Shown here: piece by piece, positions 9,572-18,181 of the stretch
Layout: each line of letters opens with the position of its first letter
How positions within the stretch are numbered: position 1 is the first letter of the stretch
NCBI GenBank assembly: GCA_045617905.1
Contig: JAZLJO010000020.1
Span: 12,818-76,817 of the forward strand
From: Candidatus Enterousia sp.
Lineage (GTDB): Bacteria; Pseudomonadota; Alphaproteobacteria; Rs-D84
Length of the DNA stretch: 64,000 bases
Direction: 5' to 3'
Program-made: the position numbers and the translations under genes
The notes under the pieces: generated by a model
What the model was told of the DNA's origin: nothing
The model's input: the letters and a program-made list of their open reading frames with translations, nothing else
Database searches by the model: none

Positions 9572-10036
9572 ATGGCAAAAATTGATTATCAAAATTTATT
9601 GGATAACGCATTAAAATCTGTGGTTAAAGATGCATTAATACACGCACAATTTAACGGATTAGGCGATGGAACACATTTTTTTATAACGTTTAAAACACGT
9701 GCCCCGGGTGTTGTTTTACCAGATTTTTTGCGCATCAGATACCCAGACATAATGACAATTGTATTACAATATTCATTTAATAATTTAAATGTTTCTGATA
9801 AAGAATTCGGTGTTCAATTAACATTTGATGGCCGACCATTTTTTATCCGGGTTCCATTTTCTGCATTGATCGAATTTAAAGATCCATCTGTTGATTTTAT
9901 GTTATCATTTCATCCAAAGGGCACAGTTGCTGCCGATAACGATATGGAATTACCACTGGATGAAAATCCGGACACGACACCAGATACAGGCAGGGTTGTA
10001 TCACTGGATGAATTTAGACAGCGTAAAAACAATTAA
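9572..10036 (+). CDS. sspB: alpha-proteobacterial SspB-like ClpXP adaptor
   Basis: HFFITFKTRAPGVVLPDFLRIRYPDIMTIVLQYSF matches the SspB fold pattern. An acidic linker is followed by a C-terminal VVSLDEFRQRK tail resembling the ClpX-binding tail. Confidence 0.7.
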   Translation: MAKIDYQNLLDNALKSVVKDALIHAQFNGLGDGTHFFITFKTRAPGVVLPDFLRIRYPDIMTIVLQYSFNNLNVSDKEFGVQLTFDGRPFFIRVPFSALIEFKDPSVDFMLSFHPKGTVAADNDMELPLDENPDTTPDTGRVVSLDEFRQRKNN

Positions 10037-10213
10037 AACGGGGCATATACCTCGTTTTAATTATTTATCTTTACCATTTTTACACTTTTTATAAATTCCC
10101 TTTCTACATCCAATTTTACGAATTTTATCAAACAATACATTCAAGCGTATACAGAACCGCCTTTTGATTGACAAACAATGTTTTTATGTTACCTTTGTCC
10201 AAAGGTGTCCATT

Positions 10214-11173
10214 ATGAATATAATTGATAAATTTTTACCGATTGGAAAAATTATACGCGATTTTCCATATACACTGGTTTTTAAAACAACAAATTATTGT
10301 TGGTACAATTGCCCCCATTGCTGTGAAAGTGCCAATGCAAAACAACCAAAAAATTTTATTTCTAATCAAATTATTGAAAATTATCTGTATCAAGCCATAA
10401 GCGACCCACTTTTTTCAGGAAATGTGGTATTTACGGGTGGGGAAATAATGGCCTCATATTTATTTGAAAATGCTGACTATGTTCCATATTTATTGGATAA
10501 ATCGTTAAAAATGGGTTTAAGTGTCGATATAAAAACAAATGCCGGATGGGCAAAATCCAAATTTTGCAATAAAATTTTTTATGATTTAAATTCTGTAATC
10601 GCGAAATATCCGGATAATGAACTGTCTGTATCACTATCATTAGACAAATATCACAAAAATTGTTTTGATAATAATTATACCGTTGTAAAACAATTTGCCA
10701 ATCTGGGCAACCACATACAATTTCACGTTAGTGGTTTTAAAGAAACCGAATATTTATTCAATGAATTAATGAATAAATTAATCAAATCCGGCATTAAAAC
10801 ATCAACCGCTTATACAGTTGATACGAATGGTAATTTGACAGAATCATTTTATATTTTAAATGATAATGTAAAAATATATTATACAAATGGCACATTATTC
10901 AATGGTGGACGTGCAAAAAATATAGAAAATGCATATAAAAATGAATTTCCAGAATTTTCATTTCTTAGTTCAGATTATAATGTTTTAATGGCCTTTGATT
11001 CATTTGGACATGTTACGTTGGGTGAAAATAACGGCAAAAAAATTTCTGCCAATTGGCAGGCACCATTTAATCGCATTTGGAACTTAAATTATATCCGAAA
11101 TAAATTAATCATTAATGCACAATTGACAGAAATTTATGCAAAAGCATTCAAGAATTGGCATTTTAACAGATAA
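10214..11173 (+). CDS. radical SAM enzyme, function unknown
   Basis: CWYNCPHC (CX3CX2C) near the N-terminus, FTGGE (GGE SAM motif) and DIKTNA. Start taken at ATG 10214 (MNIIDKF). The track start 10178 is an in-frame extension. Confidence 0.7.
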   Translation: MNIIDKFLPIGKIIRDFPYTLVFKTTNYCWYNCPHCCESANAKQPKNFISNQIIENYLYQAISDPLFSGNVVFTGGEIMASYLFENADYVPYLLDKSLKMGLSVDIKTNAGWAKSKFCNKIFYDLNSVIAKYPDNELSVSLSLDKYHKNCFDNNYTVVKQFANLGNHIQFHVSGFKETEYLFNELMNKLIKSGIKTSTAYTVDTNGNLTESFYILNDNVKIYYTNGTLFNGGRAKNIENAYKNEFPEFSFLSSDYNVLMAFDSFGHVTLGENNGKKISANWQAPFNRIWNLNYIRNKLIINAQLTEIYAKAFKNWHFNR

Positions 11174-11174
11174 A

Positions 11175-11834
11175 TCATATATTTTTATCTTTTGCACAAC
11201 ATAAATTTGCCACCGGACATTCAACACATTTTGGTCGTAACGCTTTACAGGTATATCGGCCATGCAAAACCATTACATGGTTTACAATTGCATGATATTT
11301 TTCGGGAATTTTTTTTAACAACTGTTTTTCTACCCGTTCCGGGGTGTTTGCATCGTTTGACACCCAACCAAACCTATGTGCCAAACGAAATACATGGGTA
11401 TCAACACCAATATTTGGTACACCCCATAATACATTCATAACAACATTTGCCGTTTTCTGTCCTATTCCGGGTAATTTCATCAATTCATCACGATTATGAT
11501 ATTTAATTGGGAAACAATAATTTGGGTTATCTGCCCCCTGCTCTGTCATTAATTGGGTGGCTAAACCGATAATACTTTTGGCCTTGTTATTAAAAAAAGA
11601 TATTACACAAATATACTTTTTTAAACCATCTTCGCCCAATTTAATCATCTGTGCCGGGGTTGCAGCAATCCGAAACAATCCTGGTGTAACCTGATTTACC
11701 TTTTTATCTGTTGCCTGGGCTGATAATATCACCGCCACCGCAAACGTAAATTCATTCACCGAATACAATTCCGATCGAATATCCATATTTATCGTTTGCG
11801 GGACGACGGTAAAAAAATTTTCTGGTGCCAACAC
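11175..11834 (-). CDS. nth: endonuclease III
   Basis: SAQATDKKVN, HhH-GPD LPGIGQKTANVV, DTHVFR, and Fe-S cluster loop CKALRPKCVECPVANLC. GTG start 3 nt after the ileS stop. Confidence 0.9.
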   Translation of the reverse strand: MLAPENFFTVVPQTINMDIRSELYSVNEFTFAVAVILSAQATDKKVNQVTPGLFRIAATPAQMIKLGEDGLKKYICVISFFNNKAKSIIGLATQLMTEQGADNPNYCFPIKYHNRDELMKLPGIGQKTANVVMNVLWGVPNIGVDTHVFRLAHRFGWVSNDANTPERVEKQLLKKIPEKYHAIVNHVMVLHGRYTCKALRPKCVECPVANLCCAKDKNI

Positions 11835-11837
11835 ACA

Positions 11838-14800
11838 TTATGCCTTGCGGATTGATATGGCAAACGGTCTGCCATCAATTTCAGTATGATGTTCCCCCGT
11901 ACCACACGATAATTCAAGTGCCAAAGTGTCACGCATTATACGTTCACGATATTTTTCAACCGCGTCTGCTAATACAGAATCTGCGGCATATTCTAATATA
12001 ATACGATCGGCAACATCCAAACCTATTTCTTTGCGCGTATCCTGAATGAAACGCAAAATATTGTTTGCATACCCTTCGGTCATTAATTCTGCATTTATAT
12101 TCGTATCCAAAACAACAACCGCCGTATTATCCGGCAAACCGGCGCCTGTAACACCGCTGCGAACGGTTAAACGGTTTTCAAATTCATCCGCATTTAATGA
12201 ATGTTGTCCAACAATTAATTTATCACCATCAATTGTGTATTCACCACGTTTAACCGCCGGTATTATATCCTTTAACGCACCACCCAAACGGGCACCAATT
12301 TTCGGCGTAATCAGATAAATAAAACTGTCTGCAACATCATGGAAAGTATCCGCAAAATCAACCGATTTAACATTCATTTCATCACGAATTATATTTGCAT
12401 ATTCAGTCAAACACGCACCATATACCGTCATAGATGACAACGGTAAACGATTTGGTAATTTATATTGTTCTCGTAATTGTTTACCAACAGATACAATTGA
12501 TTGCACGCGACGCATGTCATTTACGATTTTCTTATCATAAGATGCTGCGGTTGGAAAATCCGTTAAATGGACAGATTCATTTCCAGTCAGATTTTTATAA
12601 ATATATTCTGAAATGAACGGTGCAAACGGTGCCAAACAACGCGTTAACATAACCAAAACATAATGCAACACATTAAATGCCATTTGTTCTTCATCCCAGA
12701 AACGCGTACGTCCCAAACGGATATACCAGTTATTTAACACATCTAAAAACCGAACAAATTCTTTAATTGCAACATCTGGTTTATATTCATCCAGCGCACC
12801 GCCAACAACGTATATCAATTCATTTAATTCAGCCAAAATATACTTATCCAATGGATTTTCTGAATTCAAATCATCCGTGGCGGTAATATTTGCCGGATTT
12901 GCATACAATGTAAAGAAATGATATGCATTCCATAATGGGGTCAATATTGTTTTTGTCGATTCTGCAAATACCTTGCCAGCCTTGTCCACCGGAACCGGTT
13001 CCGCCTTCATAAAATTTGATCCCTGAATAAACAAACGAATCGCATCGGCACCAAATTGTTCAATTTGTTCGGATGGATCGGAATAATTTTTCAATGATTT
13101 TGAAAATTTCTTTTTATTTTCATCTACAACCAATCCATTTGCCGTCACACGACGAAACGCCGGTTTATCAAATAATGCCGTTGCCAAAACCATCAACGAA
13201 TTAAACCATCCGCGGGTCTGATCTTGGCCTTCGATAATATAATCCGCAGGGAATGTTTCTGCAAAACGTTCTGCATTTTCAAATGGATAATGTAACGACG
13301 CAAATGGCATTGAACCAGATTCAACCCAACAATCCAACACATCTGGGATTCGTTTCCACCCATCTTTTTCCAATTTATCCAATGTTGGACGATGCAAATC
13401 GTCCAATTTTACATTAAAAAATTCTTCGATTTCTTTGACCGAACCAAATACTTTGTATTCGCCATCTTTTTCCCAAATAGGTAATGGTGTTCCCCAGAAA
13501 CGGTTACGTGATATTGCCCACGGCCGTTCCCCTTCGATCCATGTACGGAAACGTTCACCGGCTGACATCCATTTGACCTGGGCATTATTTGCCAATAATC
13601 TGTCAGAAATTTTTGGAACATCAATATACCAAGAATCTGTGGCACGATATATTAATTTTTCTTTGCTGCGATCACCGTATGGATACGAATGTTTATATTG
13701 TTCTTTTTTTACCAAATGTCCATTATCACGTAAATGTTGTATAATTTTTGGATTAGCCACAAAAATATTTTCACCGGCCCAATCACGAACAGTATTATCA
13801 AAATTACCATAGTCATCAACATTTAAAATTACTGGGAATTTTGAATCCAGATTTTTGGCCGCCCAAAAGTCATCTTGGCCATATGCGGGTGCAATATGAA
13901 CAATACCCGTTCCATCAGAATCAGATACATAATCTGCCGGTATTACCTGATGTAATAAATCGGATATACCAACATAATAATCAAATATCGGTCTGTAATG
14001 CAAACCGACCAAATCAGCCCCCATAACTTCGCCGATTTTTGTTGCAGATGCCAATTGTTTATCGTATGCAGACAAACGTGATTCGGCAATAATGTAAACC
14101 AAACCGGCATCATCTTGCATGCGTAAATATTTCATTGATGGGTTAACCGCCAATGCACTGTTTGCCGGCAATGTCCACGGTGTCGTTGTCCACGCCAATA
14201 CCCGATCACCATTTTCCAATTCAAACCATACGGTTACAGCATCATCAACGACATCACGATAATCTTGGGATGCTTCGGAATTAGAAATAACCGTTCCATT
14301 TACCCAATCAAACGGATTAACGGAATAATCTTTGTACAGCAACCCTTTATCATACAATGTCTTGATGGCCCACATTACAGATTCCATATAGTTTTTATCC
14401 ATGGTTTTATAACCATACCCATCACCAATATCAACCCAACGACCCATACGGGCAATAAAATGTTCCCATTCATGGGTATATGTCAAAATATCATCGCGAC
14501 ACATATCACAAAATGCCGTAATTCCATCTGTGGCGACAATATCTTTGGCACTGCGGCCCTGCTTTTTTTCAACAGAATTTTCCGCCGGCAATCCATGACA
14601 ATCCCACCCCAGTTCACGACGAACATATCGGCCATGCATTGTTTGATAACGGCATACCATATCCTTAATAACCGTAACACCCAAATGTCCCCAATGGGGC
14701 AAACCATTTCCAAATGGTGGTCCATCATAAAACGAAAATGGATGTCCCAATTTCGTTTTATTTAATGTTTTATGAAAAATATCGTTTGCCTGCCAGAACG

Positions 14801-14861
14801 ACAACGTTTCTTTTTCCAACGCAGAAAAATCTACACGTGCCTCTGTCTTTGGGTATGCCAT
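11838..14861 (-). CDS. ileS: isoleucyl-tRNA synthetase, type 2 (eukaryote-like)
   Basis: Start moved to ATG 14861 (GGAG SD; MAYPKTEARVDF). HIGH-type PPFGNGLPHWGH and KMSKS-type KFSKSLKN are present. There is no C-terminal Zn-finger domain. Confidence 0.95.
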   Translation of the reverse strand: MAYPKTEARVDFSALEKETLSFWQANDIFHKTLNKTKLGHPFSFYDGPPFGNGLPHWGHLGVTVIKDMVCRYQTMHGRYVRRELGWDCHGLPAENSVEKKQGRSAKDIVATDGITAFCDMCRDDILTYTHEWEHFIARMGRWVDIGDGYGYKTMDKNYMESVMWAIKTLYDKGLLYKDYSVNPFDWVNGTVISNSEASQDYRDVVDDAVTVWFELENGDRVLAWTTTPWTLPANSALAVNPSMKYLRMQDDAGLVYIIAESRLSAYDKQLASATKIGEVMGADLVGLHYRPIFDYYVGISDLLHQVIPADYVSDSDGTGIVHIAPAYGQDDFWAAKNLDSKFPVILNVDDYGNFDNTVRDWAGENIFVANPKIIQHLRDNGHLVKKEQYKHSYPYGDRSKEKLIYRATDSWYIDVPKISDRLLANNAQVKWMSAGERFRTWIEGERPWAISRNRFWGTPLPIWEKDGEYKVFGSVKEIEEFFNVKLDDLHRPTLDKLEKDGWKRIPDVLDCWVESGSMPFASLHYPFENAERFAETFPADYIIEGQDQTRGWFNSLMVLATALFDKPAFRRVTANGLVVDENKKKFSKSLKNYSDPSEQIEQFGADAIRLFIQGSNFMKAEPVPVDKAGKVFAESTKTILTPLWNAYHFFTLYANPANITATDDLNSENPLDKYILAELNELIYVVGGALDEYKPDVAIKEFVRFLDVLNNWYIRLGRTRFWDEEQMAFNVLHYVLVMLTRCLAPFAPFISEYIYKNLTGNESVHLTDFPTAASYDKKIVNDMRRVQSIVSVGKQLREQYKLPNRLPLSSMTVYGACLTEYANIIRDEMNVKSVDFADTFHDVADSFIYLITPKIGARLGGALKDIIPAVKRGEYTIDGDKLIVGQHSLNADEFENRLTVRSGVTGAGLPDNTAVVVLDTNINAELMTEGYANNILRFIQDTRKEIGLDVADRIILEYAADSVLADAVEKYRERIMRDTLALELSCGTGEHHTEIDGRPFAISIRKA

Positions 14862-15022
14862 AATTTTAACTCCATACGTTTTATTATAAAAAAACAGGCG
14901 CCACATGCGCCCCAGCCATATGCAGAAGCGCATTGCCGGTTATTTAATAATAATTATTTTTGCTGTTTTCATCTTAGGATAATTTTAATATATGTTTTTA
15001 CAAATTTCCATAAAAATTTAAA

Positions 15023-15098
15023 TGGTGCCGGCCACAAGACTTGAACTTGCGACCCCTTCATTACGAATGAAGTGCTCTACCAGCTGAGCTAGGCCGGC
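15023..15098 (-). tRNA. tRNA-Thr (CGU)
   Basis: Reverse complement GCCGGCCTAGCTCAGCTGGTAGAGCACTTCATTCGTAATGAAGGGGTCGCAAGTTCAAGTCTTGTGGCCGGCACCA. Cloverleaf is complete, anticodon loop TTCGTAA. Confidence 0.9.
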
Positions 15099-15147
15099 AA
15101 CAGTTAAAACTATAATATATATTATTTCAATTTTCCACAGATTTTTT

Positions 15148-15221
15148 TATCACCAATTTCAGTGATACACAGTGATATACAGTGATACGCCTATCACTGT
15201 AACTATATTTTTGTATCACTG
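15148..15221. repeat. array of an 8-bp motif CAGTGATA (3 direct copies in 10-bp phase plus 2-3 inverted copies), operator/iteron-like
   Basis: CAGTGATA at 15160, 15170 and 15180. TATCACTG at 15192 and 15214. Partial TATCACC at 15148. These form palindromes TATCAC-N8-GTGATA (15148-67) and CAGTGATA-CGCC-TATCACTG (15180-99). Confidence 0.8.
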
Positions 15222-15235
15222 TATATTTCGCATTT

Positions 15236-18169
15236 TTAAAATAATGTTCCCCAACTTTTGTTTTTTGTTAATCTGGATATTTCCAATATTTGTTGAATAT
15301 CCGCATTTTGATTATTCATTGATTCAAAATTTTCTTGGGACAACAATACATAAACCCACTGTGAATTCATGCGTTCAGATTCCGGTAATTCATTTATTTT
15401 TGCAATCCAATCTATGGCCCCCAATTCTTTGGATTTAGTATCGGGATTATTTACACGATCATTTCCCTTGGTTTCAACAACATAAATTTTATTGCCAATT
15501 TTAATCATAAAATCTGGATAATATGTTGCCAACATGCCATCGGTCCGTAAATATCTGAAACGTGCAAAAGTGTGTTTATTTTCGTTAATTTTTATAACAC
15601 GTTCAACTGATGAATCATTATCACAGGCGATTAAGAAATTACGTTCCAATTCGCCTTTGTTCGACGGATAAAATGTTTTTTCATAAATTGATTTTTTGAT
15701 ATCCAGTGCATAATTATCACGTCCAACCATTTTATCAACCGATGAAAAATAATGTTTTTCAACGATTGCTTCTTTGACATCAATATTATTATGCATTTCA
15801 TATATAGCCTTGGACAATTCAGCCATGGTATGTTGAATTATTGTTGTTTTTGATAAAACCAATATTCGCCAATTGCCATCAATCATTGGATCAAATGACT
15901 GGTCAAACAAACGTGTTCGTATATATTTATCGATTGTACGAACAAGTAACGTTTGATCAATTTGCATTAATGGCATTTCTGTTTTATGACCATTCGATGC
16001 AACCTTTGCAAAATTGGTTGTTATCGCACTTAACATTTTTTGCAAATATTCATTATACGATTTTGCGGTAAATATATCGCCCCTCACTTTGTATTCACCA
16101 AATTTTGTATGAACCTGCATTTCGGTACCGATAAATCTGTCTGCGTCGTCATGTGGAACCATTGCCTTTAACTGTTCTAAATTCCAACCATCCAAAGGAC
16201 GCATATTATCAACCGATATTTCTTTGCCAGATAATGTTTCTTCTTTATCCTGGATAATATGTGGCCAAAACATATCATAATCGGCATAATTTTCTTTTAA
16301 TCCAACATTTATCATATCCCCCAATGCGGTTGTAGTATCACGTGGCCGTTCGTGTGTTTCGACGGCAACCATATCATGTCCCATTTGGTCATAAAATGAT
16401 TTAAATGCGGGATGTTCAACAACAAACAATGTATCCAAATAATTTGATGGGGCCTGCTTTAATTCATAGATATTACGTCTGTTTTCAGCCTTAATCTCGT
16501 CATATTCACGTCCACGCCACATTAAACGCAGACCACGTCCCAAAACCTGTTCCAGCAATATCGGGGCCTGTGATGAACGCAGTGGCACAATCACACAAAT
16601 ATTATTTACATCAAAGCCTTCGCGTAACATTAAAACACTGACCACAACCTTTGGATGTGATTGTTTATCCAATGTAAATAATTTTTGTTTTAAATTTAAC
16701 CATTCATCTTCTTTTAATTCGCCCTTTTTATTAGAATCAATTTGCATAATATCGTTATCCGATAAACCTTCGGATTTAAAGAAATCGCATACAAATGGTG
16801 AAACATCGGTATCTTCACAAACAACCATTAATTTCGGATGTTTGTTTATATCGTGTTTGGCAAAATCGTCTTCTAGGATTCGCAAACGCGACAGGCCCGC
16901 ACGCAACATTAAACGTTGTCCATCCGACAGACCGATTACTTTGCCGGCACTGTTACGAACAGATTTAAAATCAATTTCAGAATTTGCCAGCGACGCAATT
17001 TCTTTGCGTTCATCCAAAATAAATGTTTTTACAAATCCGGCACGCATGGCGGTTGTTAATTCAAAATTAACCACGATATGCGGAAAAAAATGTTTTGTTT
17101 CATTTTTACCACCACCGGTTACCGAATACGGGGTTGCAGAAAAATCAATTTGAATATAATTTGCATTTTTACCATTTGAAATGGTATTTAATGATTTTTG
17201 CCATTCAACGTCTTGGGTTATGCCATAACTTTTATTTTCATGAATATGATGGGCTTCGTCATTAAATACGCAAATATTTGGTAAATTTGATAAATATTCC
17301 AAAATACCACCACGCAATAATTTTGAATCCAATATATCCAATGCATTACCGGCGGTAATACCGGGGGAAACCGGTAAAATATCACGTGCCATAGTGCGTG
17401 TTTGTGACAAATCAAAATTATCAGTTTGCACGTCCGTTTGTTCATCATCGTCATCATCGCATAATGCGTGCCAATTTGTTACGGCAATTAAACCATCACC
17501 CGTTGTTTTTTTACCGATTTCGGTTTTATCGGCAACCGCATTTTGGACAAATGAATATATATCATGGCGATATTTTTCAGGAATAAATAAATCCTGATTG
17601 CTTTTTATATCCGACGTATCAAAATTTCTGTTACCGGGGGTAATTTCTTTGCCACGGAACGCATCCAACAACCGTTCATAAACAATTAAACCAGGTGCAA
17701 TTAACAAAAAGTTTTTTGTATATTTAACTCCATTATTTGTTTGATGTTTTGCATTTAAATATTGCCATACCAATAACGCATTTAACACCCATGTTTTTCC
17801 CGTCCCCGTTGCCATTTTTACACAATATTTTGGGCATTTATATTTTGGGTTGTTTACAACATTAATAAATTCAGTATCGGTTGGGACATTTTCACCAATT
17901 GCAGAATACATATCCGATACAGATGTTGATTTTAATATTTCATGAACATAAATAGTATTCAAAATTGCCTGGCGTTGGCCAGGATGAAAATTACGATCAC
18001 GAATATCACAAAACGATGAATCAAACCAATAACGCAACAGGTCTGCGGTTATTAGTGATACATTATTTATAAAATACCCAGATTCCCAATCCGCATTCAC
18101 CTGTTTTGTTAATTGGGCCGCAAATTGCAATGGAATATCACGTATTCCCGTATTTTTTGGTGCCGTCAT
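15236..18169 (-). CDS. res: type III restriction enzyme Res subunit (SF2 helicase plus C-terminal PD-(D/E)xK nuclease)
   Basis: Walker A MATGTGKTW, DEAH box FNDEAHHIH, helicase motif VI QVLGRGLR, and C-terminal nuclease motif YYPDFMIKIGNKIYVVETKG. ATG 18169 is preferred (GGGGG SD 5 nt upstream); ATG 18181 is an alternative. Confidence 0.9.
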   Translation of the reverse strand: MTAPKNTGIRDIPLQFAAQLTKQVNADWESGYFINNVSLITADLLRYWFDSSFCDIRDRNFHPGQRQAILNTIYVHEILKSTSVSDMYSAIGENVPTDTEFINVVNNPKYKCPKYCVKMATGTGKTWVLNALLVWQYLNAKHQTNNGVKYTKNFLLIAPGLIVYERLLDAFRGKEITPGNRNFDTSDIKSNQDLFIPEKYRHDIYSFVQNAVADKTEIGKKTTGDGLIAVTNWHALCDDDDDEQTDVQTDNFDLSQTRTMARDILPVSPGITAGNALDILDSKLLRGGILEYLSNLPNICVFNDEAHHIHENKSYGITQDVEWQKSLNTISNGKNANYIQIDFSATPYSVTGGGKNETKHFFPHIVVNFELTTAMRAGFVKTFILDERKEIASLANSEIDFKSVRNSAGKVIGLSDGQRLMLRAGLSRLRILEDDFAKHDINKHPKLMVVCEDTDVSPFVCDFFKSEGLSDNDIMQIDSNKKGELKEDEWLNLKQKLFTLDKQSHPKVVVSVLMLREGFDVNNICVIVPLRSSQAPILLEQVLGRGLRLMWRGREYDEIKAENRRNIYELKQAPSNYLDTLFVVEHPAFKSFYDQMGHDMVAVETHERPRDTTTALGDMINVGLKENYADYDMFWPHIIQDKEETLSGKEISVDNMRPLDGWNLEQLKAMVPHDDADRFIGTEMQVHTKFGEYKVRGDIFTAKSYNEYLQKMLSAITTNFAKVASNGHKTEMPLMQIDQTLLVRTIDKYIRTRLFDQSFDPMIDGNWRILVLSKTTIIQHTMAELSKAIYEMHNNIDVKEAIVEKHYFSSVDKMVGRDNYALDIKKSIYEKTFYPSNKGELERNFLIACDNDSSVERVIKINENKHTFARFRYLRTDGMLATYYPDFMIKIGNKIYVVETKGNDRVNNPDTKSKELGAIDWIAKINELPESERMNSQWVYVLLSQENFESMNNQNADIQQILEISRLTKNKSWGTLF

Positions 18170-18181
18170 TTTTACCCCCAT

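Noticed and set aside
15148-15221. Possible CRISPR array or oriC.
   Set aside because: The repeats are only 8 bp with 2-bp spacers, so this is not a CRISPR array, and no cas genes are present. Only one DnaA-box-like 9-mer occurs and there is no AT-rich unwinding element pattern, so oriC is unsupported.
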